The notes beneath the pieces were generated by a model. The model was not told the origin of the DNA. It saw nothing but the letters and a program-made list of their open reading frames with translations, and did not search any database. A stretch of 63,541 nt of DNA, counting the filler, from Rhabdomonas costata (Eukaryota), in assembly GCA_019059605.1 (NCBI GenBank). It is 39 parts of 39 records of this genome, joined end to end, with 100 filler letters (N's around TTAATTAATTAA, not from the genome) between each part and the next. Parts side by side here need not be neighbours in the genome. Positions count along the whole stretch, not along the records: positions 11,424 to 12,956 come from JAHMHO010013635.1; positions 13,057 to 14,589 come from JAHMHO010013636.1; positions 14,690 to 16,222 come from JAHMHO010013637.1; positions 16,323 to 17,855 come from JAHMHO010013638.1; positions 17,956 to 19,488 come from JAHMHO010013639.1; positions 19,589 to 21,121 come from JAHMHO010013640.1; positions 21,222 to 22,744 come from JAHMHO010013641.1; positions 22,845 to 24,374 come from JAHMHO010013642.1; 31 more parts are not named here. One strand, given 5' to 3'. Positions 12,438 to 25,443 of the stretch are shown in pieces (positions within the stretch are counted from its first letter, which is position 1; each line of letters starts with the position of its first letter). Made by a program: the position numbers and the translations under genes.

Positions 12438-14820
12438 CTTATCTCAGTATGCCCTTCACCATTTTCACTCCTGGATACAGGAAACGAAGACAAGACTCCC
12501 ACCGAAGGGACCAACTGCATCTCGCAACTAGGTGTATTGGGGAGGCTACCAATCAGTGAGCCGCTGGCTCCGCTTTGTATGTTAGCCGATGACTCAAATG
12601 CCAACAAAGTACTGCCCACTTTCTCTGGTCGCAATTCACGAAACAGCAAGATTGGGTTTCCCAACGGTGGCTCTTCCTGGAATTCACGCGGCAGAGACTC
12701 CGGATTGCATTCCGGAGGTGGTCCCACAGCTACGCAAAGCACGTTAGTCGGGAAGATGATGAGGGTACCAACGTCGCTTCTCGCAAACGCCGGTATTTGG
12801 AAGTGGAGTGATGTCTGAGTTGAAACTTCCGACTTGCGTGTCACTGGCGTAACGCACGTTTATGACAGTGCTGGTCGGTTCCCATCACATTTTCCCTCTG
12901 TTTTCGGTGTTTACTCCGTCCTACTCACACCTGGTGATTCCTATAACAACTCCACGNNNNNNNNNNNNNNNNNNNNNNNNNNNNNNNNNNNNNNNNNNNN
13001 TTAATTAATTAANNNNNNNNNNNNNNNNNNNNNNNNNNNNNNNNNNNNNNNNNNNNTGTTGTTGGGATGCAATTTTTAAGGAGCTGTGTTGGAATCGGTC
13101 GGTGCCAGACTGTACGTGTGTTGGGCGCAATGCGTGCTGGTTTTTGCCCGGCAAACAAATGAAATAGAGAGAGAAACGGAGCTGATAAAAGTTATTGACA
13201 GGACCAAGATGCATTGCGGTGCGGAAGAAAGCAACCTCTAATGGAGACAATTGGTGTGAGAGCAGCGAGGAACCTACCAGGTGGTCGCATGGGCGGTCCA
13301 CGTGCTTACAGGAGAGGGCATAGGGAAAACAACAGGGCCCGACAAGCGGTGACACCACGAGTAAGTGCACCTCGATGTCAACCGATCACCGCCCCCAACG
13401 AACACTTCCAAAATAATTGTTTGCTTCGGTGGTCCACCGGAACCAGCCCGACCACAAAGTACGAACGCCCATTCGAAGCACCGCCCATTCGCGGTGGAAC
13501 CGTTCAAGCCGGCTCACGGCTGAACTCGGGAACGCCACCTACCGGGCGCAAACCACCCCCAATCAGCTCAATACTCGATGCTTCATTCGGTTCAAAAAAG
13601 TACAACGCTTCCCACGTCTGCGTTCGGTTTCTGGTTGGGGAATTGCTGCCTGAGCGTTTTTGGGTGACCATTTGGCTTACGGGCAAAGCTTTTGGCGGCT
13701 TGTGCGCGCGAGTTGGAAAGAACGGAACCGGAACCTGCTCACTCTTCAGCCGCCCCGTTCTCGAGCCAATGTCGCGCAGCTGCTTTATCCCGCGGCGGGC
13801 ATCACCGCGACGGAGGTCTCTGTGACTCCACACTTCTTCCTCGGGGAATGGGGGTTTCCCCCCCGCAAAAACGACCCTTGAAGCTTTTCTGTTCGGACGG
13901 GCCCCCTGGGGGTGTCGGTGGTCCCTTCCCTGCCGTGTGTCCTCTGTTCTCTGCGGATGCTCCATGCTTGATCCCCCGCAGCCGTCTTTCGCTATCACTT
14001 CTCTGGATTCCTATCCATCGGCTCCGGGCCATTTCTCTCGCGCTCCCTGCCTCTCCCTCGCTCCCGTTGCTGTTGCACTTTGCAGTCCCCATCTTCGGCT
14101 ATTCTCCTTCACCCGCAGATGACCTGGGTTTGGAACTGGGCGCCTGTTCTTTATAGTCAATGACCTTGGTGAATGACCCCGACGGATATACCCCCTCCCA
14201 CCGCGCTGCTGCCACATGCATGATGATTATCAAGTGGACAGAGATCAAGTGCAGTCGTGGGGGTGGCGCCGGCCTCGGCACCTGAAGTGCTCTTATTTCA
14301 TTTGTCTATTAAAAGGCCCAGCAAAGGTTCCGAAATCCGAAAAAGCCGAAAACTTTTAATGATCCCCAAATATCACCGCCCACCGACGGAGCACGCGAAG
14401 ACAACAAGATGCATACCTGAGATGCAGAACCGAGCACGGATGTCCGCAAAATGTGGACACGAATCACTTCCGAAAAAGATGCGCATCCATCACAACCGCA
14501 GGAATAAAGGCACAGGAGGGAGGGTAGAGGAACTGTGGCCCGTTAAACTCAATCGGCAGGAGCTGCCGTCACAGCTGGGAAACAACGAGNNNNNNNNNNN
14601 NNNNNNNNNNNNNNNNNNNNNNNNNNNNNNNNNTTAATTAATTAANNNNNNNNNNNNNNNNNNNNNNNNNNNNNNNNNNNNNNNNNNNNGGGGGGGGTGG
14701 TCTGTGGCGTGCATAAAGGGTAACAATGGGTATTCAGGCGTGCCCTTTACGCCGCCGCGGGTGGTAAGACTGGCTGTGTGCGTCTGTCGGCGTGTCGGCG
14801 TGGTGGCGTTTCCCTTCTTT

Positions 14821-14884
14821 CTCTCTCTCTCTCTCTCTCTCTCGCTCGCTCGGTCGCTCGCTCGCTCGCTCGCTCGGTCGCTCC
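14821..14884 (+). repeat. Compound microsatellite (CT)n-(CGCT/CGGT)n
   Basis: Directly visible in the sequence. Confidence 0.9.
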
Positions 14885-15930
14885 AACTGTATCTGTTGCT
14901 ACATGGCGTTCCAAGATGCTGCTCCTGTCACCCATTACGGTCTCGATCACGTTCGCAGTTTCTACGCGGCGATTTGCGGTGAATGCTGCCCGGCGTGACG
15001 GCAAATTTTCTCGCAATTATTCTGTGTTATCTTTTTTGCGCTGGGCTCTGGGGCCGCCGCGAGGGTTCTGCGAAGCGGTGGTACTGCAAAACCATAATGC
15101 GGGAGAGCGGAAATTGATTTTGCTTCGGTGGGCGCTTTTGAATTAGAAGAAGAAGAAGGGAATTTGGAGGAGTTGGAGGCAGATAAAGCAAGACAATCTC
15201 CAAGTCCATGTGAATAGTGATGAGAGTGCAGAGAAAAATGACGTGATGATGCGGCGGTTAAAAGCTGCTTGAACTACGTCGGTGGCTTGTGGTGCGTCTT
15301 GCATTGAAGAAACTACAACAGGGACGCTCACATCCACAGGACATCGACACTTTCGAAGGGTCTTATGTTTCTGGGGAAGCTTTTTCAGATGGAATCCCGG
15401 GTTGAATAAATACAGGTTCAGAGAAAGCTCTGGTCCAAGGCAGGCGAGAGGGATTTAACCAGGATCCGATTGTGGGGGATCCGAGAGTGAAGTGCTGTGT
15501 GCGGAGTCTCAGATTGGGCGCCAGGGTGTGCTCCGTGCCCTTTTGCTTGCCCTAAGGGAATGCCTGAGGGGTTCTAACGGCATCCAGGCCTTTGTTCTCC
15601 TTGACTCTAAACACATAAACACAGAAAGGCAGTTATTTTTGAAGTACAAGTGAAAGCTCTGGCAAACGTTGAACTTGACATGGGACCGATGGGATTCCAT
15701 TGGCTCTTGCACGTTATAGGATGGTGCGTCTTTGTGTGGCTGGATGCCTCGGCACTGGGGTTTCCCAACTTCGCCCTGCAGAAGAAGGGAGACCCCAAGT
15801 TGCCAGGGAGCAGGAGATGATTGGGAAGCCCACTGGAGGCAGAAAGGCCTTCACATCGAGAATGCCTGGAGCACGCTGTGGTTTTGATTCTTGGGGGGTT
15901 GCGTGCGTGCGTCCCATAACACAGCCACAC

Positions 15931-16060
15931 CCTTCTTGAAATCCATCTCGTCGAGGTCGCGCTCTTCCAGGGCCATTATGCTGCGCATATCATCGAATCC
16001 CTCAGAGAGTAACAGCCCGTAGTACTCCTCCAGGTTCGCCGAAGCCAGCCAGGCCCTGAC
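15931..16060 (-). CDS. SAM (sterile alpha motif) domain exon
   Basis: cacag|VRAWLASANLEEYYGLLLSEGFDDMRSIMALEERDLDEMDFKKG|gtgtgg matches the SAM pattern VxxWLxxxxLxxYxxxLxxEGFD...LxExDLxxM. Confidence 0.8.
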
Positions 16061-16712
16061 CTGTGTGTGTACGTGAGGGTTGACAAACGACCTAAAGGAT
16101 CCACTTCGGGACCTTTGACCCTTATTTATAAAACCGGCCGTATTGCTCTGCACTTAAGGCCGCAACTTGCTGATGGGAAAAGGGGTAGAGGGCGCAAAAA
16201 GTGCATGCTCACCATAATGCTGNNNNNNNNNNNNNNNNNNNNNNNNNNNNNNNNNNNNNNNNNNNNTTAATTAATTAANNNNNNNNNNNNNNNNNNNNNN
16301 NNNNNNNNNNNNNNNNNNNNNNTTGTTGTGGGTTTCTGGGTGTGTATTGTGCGTGGTCTTTGTGGTGTGGCTGGTGGTGGTGGATGAAGTGTGGTTGTGG
16401 AGTATGCGCGTACTGGTGCTGGTGGTGTTCCTTGCTGTGGGTGTTGCGTTGTGGTTGGGTGTCGAGGGTGTGGATGGTATAGAGGGTGTTGCGTTGGACG
16501 CTGGTGTTGCTGTGGCTCATGGTATTTCTTCTGTGATGGGTTCTTTGTTGTGTGGTGTGTCCTTGGGTGCTTTGGTGCTTGTTGAAGTGTTGGTTGTGTG
16601 ATGGACTACGTGTTTGGTACTGGTTTGTGTTACGGTGTGAGTAGGTGTCATATGGTGAGAGGTGAGCTTATGGATTTCGTTGGTATTGGCGGCTGGAATC
16701 CTTACGTGAAAA

Positions 16713-17800
16713 GTGGGCGGAAGCCGTCCACGAGCACTTCAGGATGAATTGGGCCTAGAAGCTGCAAAGCCATGGCTTTGTGCCGGAGAACCCATCTGGG
16801 TACCCGCACCTTCGCCGCGTGATCCAGGAGTCACACAAGACTTTGGTATTCCTCCTCTATTATCGTGCGCCCCACGGTTTCTTCGTGGTGTGCAAAAGGT
16901 GGTACCAAGGGAGATGGCGAAATACCTCGCTGATAACAATGTCTTTGAGCCCGTCAGCATGACCTTGGAGGACGTGGTGAAGGAGGCTAAAGAGTTTAAT
17001 GAGCGAGGTGAATTCACCACGGGAACTGGCATCGTTTATAATTATGGCATCTGGAAGCCCACAAATGGCAAGTTCCTGTTCATCTACGGCACAAGGTCAG
17101 GCCCGAGACACCAAGACGCTGCCAGCAAGACAGCTGGCCCTCCTCGACAACAACGTTACGAGGCCCACAATGCACTCGTGCGGATCATCCAGCACATCGA
17201 GGACGCCATGCAGGAGAAGGATAAGATTCACCAGTCAAAGGATGGAATCAAAGCGTTTTGGGGCATCGACAGCGTGAACGCCTTCACCCGGATGGTCCGA
17301 GCCAACGCCAATGTTGTGCTGGAGAACTGGCAAGAGGCGGTGGATTTTTGCACCATGTACACCTCCTTCCAGTTCCGGTCGATGATCAACCGGACCATTG
17401 AATCTGTCGATGAGGCTTGGGACTTCGTCATCCAGCTGGATTCTGGGATGACGGAAGACGGAGCTCCACTTGAATGGACCCTCGTACCTAAGTGGTGGTC
17501 CAAGATGGGAAAGGGCTACACTCGAGCCCAAGTCGCATAAATCCTAACCTACCTGATCGAGCACAACTCCAAATCAAGTGGATGCCAATGGGAATGCAGG
17601 CTGCCACGAAGATCGCCAACATTGCATGCTACCATGTCGAGAAGGCGCAGGCATACCGTCTCGGTCCCGGAAGGTCCCTTGCGGTTTGCCGCTGCATCGA
17701 TGATATTTACTCGGCAGGCGTGCCACTACCCTCGCAAGACGCCTACGGCATTGAATACAAGACCACAGCGAGGGGAGTTCGGTTGTGTACCTCTGGGTCC
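16713..17800 (+). mobile_element. Penelope-like retroelement reverse transcriptase, degraded
   Basis: Motifs in order: YNYGIWK..KFLFIYG, FWGIDSV, VDFCTMYTSF, then premature TAA 17538-40 (YTRAQVA*ILTYLIEHN), a frameshift, QIKWMPMGMQAATKIANIACYHVE, and CRCIDDIY. These correspond to PLE RT motifs 1-5 (DFxxLYT, QxxGxPMG..AxL, RYIDD). Confidence 0.75.
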
Positions 17801-20800
17801 GCGTCTATAAGAAGGTTCGGGAGGACGGCACCAAGGTCCTCCACACTCCCACCACNNNNNNNNNNNNNNNNNNNNNNNNNNNNNNNNNNNNNNNNNNNNT
17901 TAATTAATTAANNNNNNNNNNNNNNNNNNNNNNNNNNNNNNNNNNNNNNNNNNNNGCTGCCAATGTCCCGCGGCCGAGCGATGTCCCTCTCCGTGTTTAA
18001 GGCATGTGTTGCCCCATTCTGCGAGATCGCGGATCCCTCCTGCTTTGATTCCAATGGTTTAGGTGGATAACTCACAAATTTAACAGAGGCTCAGAGTGTT
18101 CGCAGACAACAGACAGCTTGTATCCCTCGGTTCTAACTTACTGTACTTTCAGTGCTCAGGGATGGTTATCCACGTTAAAGACCAGCGAGAATTATGACAT
18201 GATTGATGACACCAAGTTTTTCTGATCCGACCCGGCATTTCCAATGCTCTTCACTGCAATTTTCCATTTTCTTACTGCTTTTCCGAGTGTCCTTCTAGGT
18301 GGGCGTCAAGTCCCCTCAGCCTCTTCATTTGGACTCTCACCAGTCGGGTCTGACCACACACATTTTGGTCCAAAGTGTCGACTTATTTTTCCAGACCAGA
18401 CCAGATGAGAGCAGTTTCAGAATGGGCTGAAATTGTTTGAACTGAAGAACCACTGCAGCATCAATGGCATCCTCGCTGTTCGGCCATCGTGCCCATGCAT
18501 ATATCTACGCACCACATGCCCGTGCACTTGTGCGGCGCTCGGGATGCATTGGTGGTGCATCGTGTGTGCGTATACTTTGTTCGTCAACCCCTTGTTTTTG
18601 ACTCCCTCCCGCCTCTGTCTTAATAGTTTCCAACGCTGGGGGTGCCACCCACAACTTCGCCACCGCAGATCGGTCGCGCTTTGCTGCGTGAAGAACGCTG
18701 AGGTCCCAGCGTCTCACGGACGCTGAGAAGGAGGCAACGAGGAGGAGGCCATACAGGAACATTGGAGGTTTGGAGGTTTTGGGGCAAGAGGTGCTCATGG
18801 GGGCACCCCGCTGGGAGAAACTTGCCTTGCGCGCGGGGCCCGGGGTCGCGCTGGGGTCAGCAACCTATCCCGGCTGTTGGCCGCGGCGACGGCTGGAATA
18901 GGGCGGGGGGTTGTGCTCGTCGAAGCGGCGCCCGTTCTTTGAGGTGTAAAAGGCGGAAACTGGAAGGAAGAGGTGGTAGAGGGTAGGTCGGTCATCGTTA
19001 AGCGAGAATACGGGCCACACAAACAAAAAAGTGAATCTAGAATGACGAGTGGGAAAACAGCAGCAGGATGCCTTACCAAAAAAAAACAAGTGACCATGTG
19101 CAAAACGAATCAAAATCAAACGACCAAACCGGCTGCCGGCTAAAAACCCGGCCGTGACACAGCTTCAGGGCAGACCCGCAAACAAACAACGCAAGGGTAT
19201 GCCCAAAGAGCAGGCAAACCACCAGCTGCGACATCGTTGATGCCGACATGGTGGATGGATTCTTGCCCGGGGCCCTGCGGCAACTCTGTTTGCTGAACTG
19301 AGTTGAACATGGTAGCCAGTCCGGTATAAAAGCGGCAACACGGTGCAATAAACCGCTCGACACCCACCCACACAAGCGCCTCCATCCACATAGGTGGTCC
19401 TGAATGTGTTCTGAATGTGATTTGCTACCATTTTGTGCATCGTGTGTGGAGCCTTATCCGAACTCGTGTCTGTGGAACCCCCCAAACCNNNNNNNNNNNN
19501 NNNNNNNNNNNNNNNNNNNNNNNNNNNNNNNNTTAATTAATTAANNNNNNNNNNNNNNNNNNNNNNNNNNNNNNNNNNNNNNNNNNNNGGGGTTGGTTGC
19601 TGCTGAAGCGTTTCGCGGCACATGGAGGAGCTGTTGCCATTGTGGCACGCCCAATGATCCTCCAAAACCAGAGTCCCGGTTTAAGGTGTTTTAAGATGTT
19701 GCAAGATTAACCCAGATAACCCACACCAGTCCTTCAACACCTCAAGCGTTTCCGCGGAACGCCACCTTCTCCGCTTTGCACACCACTGAAGCCTGCATTC
19801 CGAACAAGGTCACAAGGACGCATCAACGGACATGACCATTGCCCTGGAACCAGATTTCTTTGCAAATCTTCAGCCTTTCTGACAAGCGCAGAACAGCATC
19901 ACAATCAATATGCGTTGTGCACCGGGACCTCTTGGTATCTGCGGGACAACTCGTCCAGCCCATGTCGGGGAATCATTCGCCAGGAATTGAGCACGGACTC
20001 GTCCGCCGATGCTGAGAAAGACGGTAGGGACATATCGCGCTCTCTAACTTTTTATAATCTGGCTTGCAGCGAGCTTATAGCAATTTGCTTCTATTGCGAG
20101 TGCTTTGCGACCACGGTAATCGACTGACCTCACACAAGAGATTGGCAAAGGCAGTGGACCCTCGAACCGTCACAGTTTGGGGTGCATCAATTTGAGCGGT
20201 TTCAATTTCTTCCCACTAACCGGTCATACACATACATACCAAGGCCACCACTTTTCTTTATTTCCATGCCCTTGGAACCCCTTCTGCATTCTTGCCCCCA
20301 TTTATTCTGAGGGTCTCTTTCCTCTCTAAAAGGTGACTCTCTCTCTCTCTCTCTTTCTGACGCCACCTGCCTTAACCTGCAACTGTGGGCGGGACTGGGA
20401 CGTGGGGTCCCGTCGCCAATTGGTTCTGTGGCCTTCCTTGCAAGGTCGCATTTAGCTTCATTTCCCACCCATCTGGTTAGGACCGTTCCCCTGCTCAACT
20501 AGCTGTGGACTTTCCCCTTTCTTAAATGATCGTTTTGGCTTTGCTCCAGAAGGCATTCGCTTCAACATTCGTCCCAAAAAAAAAGGACTGTCTTCAAGCA
20601 ATGCTCCCAAAGGATTGATGTCTCCGTCAACCTCCCCTTTCTCAAACGCGTCACTGTGGCCCATCCAACCATCGCCCCTCACATTATCAGTGGCACAGCC
20701 TTCCCCGTTTCCCCACGTCTCGTCCACCAACAACCTCTCTCTCTCTCTCTCTCCCTTTTCTCCCAAAACCTTTCCTTCCCCCCTGCACTTCATCCCCGCA

Positions 20801-21493
20801 ACCTGTTCTTTTTCCCAATGCTACTGTACCCTTGTGCTTTCGCGCCAGTGTTGCTCCCACAATCAAACAATCCTGTGTCGCGCATCAAACCATGCGGACC
20901 TCTGTTGCAGAAGTGACGCCCCAAAAGTTTAAACTAATCTAGATCTGGGTAGCAAAGACTTACCATTTCTCGTCGATCAGCACGACACCTTGCAGGCCCT
21001 TACCCCATAAAGCGCAGAGGACCTGTATCCTGAGAGATCTCCACGGTGGACCTAAGGGAGGCATCCGTGCTGGCCGAGGTGGAGTGAGCATTCCGGTACA
21101 GTGGCTCGTACACCACAACCCNNNNNNNNNNNNNNNNNNNNNNNNNNNNNNNNNNNNNNNNNNNNTTAATTAATTAANNNNNNNNNNNNNNNNNNNNNNN
21201 NNNNNNNNNNNNNNNNNNNNNTGTGTGTGTTTCCGAAAACCCCTGATTTAGTGCACACTTTTGTAAAAGTGCCTTTTTGGTGACGCGGTCAATATATCCA
21301 TCAGTGCATCGGTGGCAGTGGGGTTTCTGAGATGAGAGAAGAAACGGTGACATAAACTTTGAGCTCCCATCCCAACTGTAGGACTTTTCGGAAAGTGAGG
21401 TGCACACAAAGCCCGATGGGAGCTGCACTTAGAACGTAGAGTGCAGAAAGTTGAAGCAATTAATAGAGGGGGGAGATGCGCGGCGCATTGGAC

Positions 21494-22274
21494 CTCCTCG
21501 CTGAGCTCTTCGATCAGATTCTTGCGCTCTTGCGCGGTGGTGGCCCCCTTCCATTTTGCTGAGCTGCATGAGGGATAACCCAGAGAGATGCGCCGGGTAG
21601 ATGCATACAAGCGGAGTAGATGCAAACCCGTGTGGAGAATCAGAGAGCAACTGGGAAGGCTTGACAAAATTGCAAATTCGTGTTATATCAAGACGGGCAA
21701 GATGGCAGGAAAAGGAGCGGGAAGGGTAAGGGAGGAACACCCCAGAGTTAGAAGGGACGGGCATGCATACACAGAAAGTAGTTGAGGTAGTGATGGAATA
21801 GTAGGGACATGGGGCGGTGCAGCGGATAGAGGGTATAAGAAAATGAAATTACTGATGTTCAGAAAAATTGATGATTGTCACTGAGAAACAAAGGATGTGC
21901 AGGAGACGGCATTGTGGGGAACCGGCAAAACCACCGAATCACCCCCCCAACCAATGAAGAGCGGTGCTTCATCATCTAATCCCCTAAGATTCTGATGCAC
22001 TACAAATTTTTTTTAAAAAAATATTGCGGCAACTTCGGGATCAAAGGGATTCAAATGTCGTCTCCTGCCTGCCTGCCTCCTGTGGTGTGTGCGTGTGTGG
22101 GAGGTGATACTTCATGAGCTTGCGGAGGGCTTGCCGGCCTGCGCGGCGGGACTCAGACTTCTTGCTGCGTTTGGTGCTCAGGGTGGAGCGCGAGGATACT
22201 GAATTCAAGTCGAACCCAGAGTCCACAAAGGCCTGCCCATGCACGGAGTTCAGCCAGGCCTCCATTCCCTTGAT
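21494..22274 (-). CDS. Hypothetical protein, two exons
   Basis: Exons 22274..22111 and 21563..21494 join in phase 2 (GT-AG): IKGMEAWLNSVHGQAFVDSGFD...RKLMN|SAKWKGATTAQERKNLIEELSEE. Codons are GC3-rich. Confidence 0.55.
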
Positions 22275-22856
22275 CTGTGCATGTGTGGATCAGTGTGTGT
22301 GTGTGTGTGCCCTGGCATATGTGCGGTCCTGTGTGCACCAGAAAGAGGCACAGTGCCGATGAAACTGACGAAGAAACCAAAGGTTACTTCAACGCATAGT
22401 TCCGCGCACCGCCGTCCCCCATCCCGAACGAAAACCTTTAAAGGTTCCCTGGTTACCTGAGCGTTGCATCAGTTTTCGTACATGATCTAAAAAGTATAAA
22501 AACCCAGCTCCTCAGATTTTCCAGTCGCATAATCCAGACACAACGTTGACCTGCCTTGCGAATCTCCTTGCGACAAGACCACCTTATCAGTCTTCAGAGC
22601 CCATAAAATACATTTCCCACCAATGACGCTCGACGTTCCAGCGCTGGGATTGGAATGAACAATGAACATCTCCTGGGAACCAAAACATGAAGAATAAACA
22701 TCCTGTCAATCAGTTTTTACAAAAAAAAAAGACGCCGGCCACCTNNNNNNNNNNNNNNNNNNNNNNNNNNNNNNNNNNNNNNNNNNNNTTAATTAATTAA
22801 NNNNNNNNNNNNNNNNNNNNNNNNNNNNNNNNNNNNNNNNNNNNTGTGGGGGGGGG

Positions 22857-24169
22857 ACTCCAGAAAACAGCGCGGCAGGCCGCGTGGGCAGGACCGCCGC
22901 CTGCCCACCCGGCGCGGAGTCGCTGTGCCATTGCTGGCCCTGGCCGAACCAGTACCCCATCCCGCCCAGGTAATTGCTGAGGCCCTGCCGCGCCATCTCA
23001 ATCTCCGAGGAGCCAAAGCCCTTGGCCTGCCACAGGAATGTGCCACGGTTACGGTTACTTATATTTACGGGGGTAATATATATGGTTATCCCCCTTCCCC
23101 CATATAAGCGGTTGCTTATATTGGGAGCGAGCAAAGAAGACTGCCGAGTCCATTCTGCTGCCAACTCCGAAAGGTACGACTGGATCCAACGGTTACATTG
23201 TGTATAAGGAACCACGTACCTGTATCACGAGCTGCAGTGAACGACACACAGAAAAATATGCGCCGTACTGATCAAAAGACCAGCATCTTCCTCTGTACAA
23301 CGATAAGTAAAAAGCATATACGAACCAATTCAAAAGGCACCATCAGGGACGATGCCAATTGGACCGCCGGAGACCCACCCCGAGTGCCTGCGTCACGTAA
23401 CACGGAGCAGCAAACGACACGGGCCACAAACCTTCAGGTGGAAGGTCTGCTCGAACCTCCGGTGGAAAGCCCGAGCCCTCTTCGCGACAGTCCGGCTCAA
23501 CCCGCAGCCACGCAGGGAGAGCCCCTCCAGAGCTCTCCGGACCGCTGGGGCGGAGCCCAGCTCTGTCGCAGAGCGGCTCTCGTGGCTCAGCAGGGCCACG
23601 TCGACCCGGAAGTCCCCCACGGGAAGCAATGTCTGGAACCGCACCACGTTCTCGCTCCCCGTCAGCGCAGCAAACTTGGGGCTTTGCATCACAGACAAAC
23701 AATAAACAGAGGTCACGCGACCTCATCCTCATCACGCGACACGTATTATCCGAACACACGGACAACGAACAATCAGGGTCAATGTTTCAGCGTCACGTGT
23801 CCTTCACGCAAAACGGTGGCACAAAAGAAAAAAGGAGGCAGGAAAAAAGGGGGGGGGGTTGCTCACGTGCAGGCACCTCGCATCTGGTACAGCAACTGAA
23901 GCACTGACCCAACAAAAACCAAAACCAGACGAAGCGTGCAGAGACCTTTTCCGCAGGTCCCACATCTCCCGCTTGCGCTTCTTTCCGGTGGCCTTCCACG
24001 AAACGTTACCCTTCGCAAACTCATTGGAGAGCAGGACGCTGAACGCACCAATGTCCGGGGCCTCGGCCTGCATCAGAGCGGTTCCCCCGGACTGCTCCAC
24101 CACAGTGAAGGCGCTGTCCTCGTCCTCGACGCCAAAGTAAAGCGTGAACCGCACAGGCACCAAGGTAGC
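22857..24169 (-). CDS. MOGS: Mannosyl-oligosaccharide glucosidase (glucosidase I, GH63), internal exons
   Basis: Exons 24169..23946, 23681..23432 and 23026..~22857 (GT-AG, in frame). They contain FHRRFEQTFHLK|AKGF..MARQGLSNYLGGMGYWFGQ...ALFSGVP, the SNLLGGIGYFYG...LFTAVPSR region of GH63. Confidence 0.85.
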
Positions 24170-25108
24170 CTGAATGTAGACCACAGCACGTGATGTGAGC
24201 ACCTCACTGCTTGGTCCAACAAAAGCACTGCCCAGCCAGGGACGCAATGAACGTGATGCCAACGTGATGCCCGTCATCTCTCAGAAACGTTCAAACGACT
24301 GATGCACGACCGAATAAAAATCAGAGTCGCGAAACCTGCTTTGTCTCAGTAAAACCACTGCGTTGACAACTTAANNNNNNNNNNNNNNNNNNNNNNNNNN
24401 NNNNNNNNNNNNNNNNNNTTAATTAATTAANNNNNNNNNNNNNNNNNNNNNNNNNNNNNNNNNNNNNNNNNNNNGTTTTGACGATTGCCATCTGTTGAGA
24501 TGACAGAAGCTCTTGGTGTCAGAGGGGTCCTCCCAACAGCAGAGGGTTTACGCTACGAAGAAGATGGAGATGGGCGGTCAGTGTGCCAAACCCAAAGTCG
24601 ATGCTGTGCTTCAGTGGGACGTCGGACTCCAGTTTCGCGAGATCGATGGACTGAGAATTAACAAACAGCAGAAGCTGAAGGAAACGGGTTAAACGGAAAG
24701 TTACAAAACGACAAAATAATCCTATAATTAGGTGCAGAAAGAAAGCTGAAGACGAGCCAACGAAGCTCTATCATCCGAGCGTCCGACGCATGCCATGAAT
24801 AAAAAGCAGCCTGCTCAAAGGATGAATTCAAAGACTTATATGTGAAGCTGGAAAAGTGTAGTCGGGTTCGGGGCAATCATTGGCACGTCACCCCCCAAAG
24901 GATTCCGTATAAGAAAAACTGAGCGCCAATATTTCAATAATTACGTAACGAGTTGAGCAGTCGTGACATTGACCACAAAAGACGACAGAGGGCTATCCAC
25001 TCAGGGCTGTCATGCGATCAACTCACCTCGCACAGCAGTATGCTGAACCTGCATGCTATCAACTCTTGGACTTAGGGAGGGTGGGGTAGAGGGGCAACTG
25101 GAACGTAC

Positions 25109-25443
25109 CATGAAAGAAAGCGTGGTATTGGTGAGCAGCCCCACGGCCTCCAACTCCAAGCGCAGTACAACCCCACCCGAACCCCGGCGAGGGTGCACAG
25201 CGACTTCCAGGCCCTCGGCCCAGCTCGCACTGGCCAGCCCGTTGCGGACTTCTGGGCGGACTCTCCCGGAGCGCAGCGCGCGCCCCTCGTGCAACCGCAG
25301 CGCCATCCGAAGGGGACGGCGGAGGTGCCTCCGTACGGGAAGCGCGGTGAAGGTTACGGCGAGGGCAGAGATTCGCACGCAGCCCGTGGACTGCGGCTGG
25401 AGCGGAGGGGTGGGGCTCGTCACGCTGAACTTCACCGACAGGA
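25109..25443 (-). CDS. Hypothetical protein exon (beta-rich, possibly C2-like)
   Basis: The ccacag| acceptor and ATG|gtacgt donor bound a GC-rich open frame: LSVKFSVTS...CVRISALAVTF...ASWAEGLEVAV...VLRLELEAVG. Confidence 0.45.

Noticed and set aside
13057-14589. Multiple overlapping long ORFs on both strands (similar cases at 4897-6423, 40277-40695 and 46077-47224)
   Set aside because: GC-rich sequence with no recognisable motifs. These may be degraded mobile elements but cannot be supported by eye.
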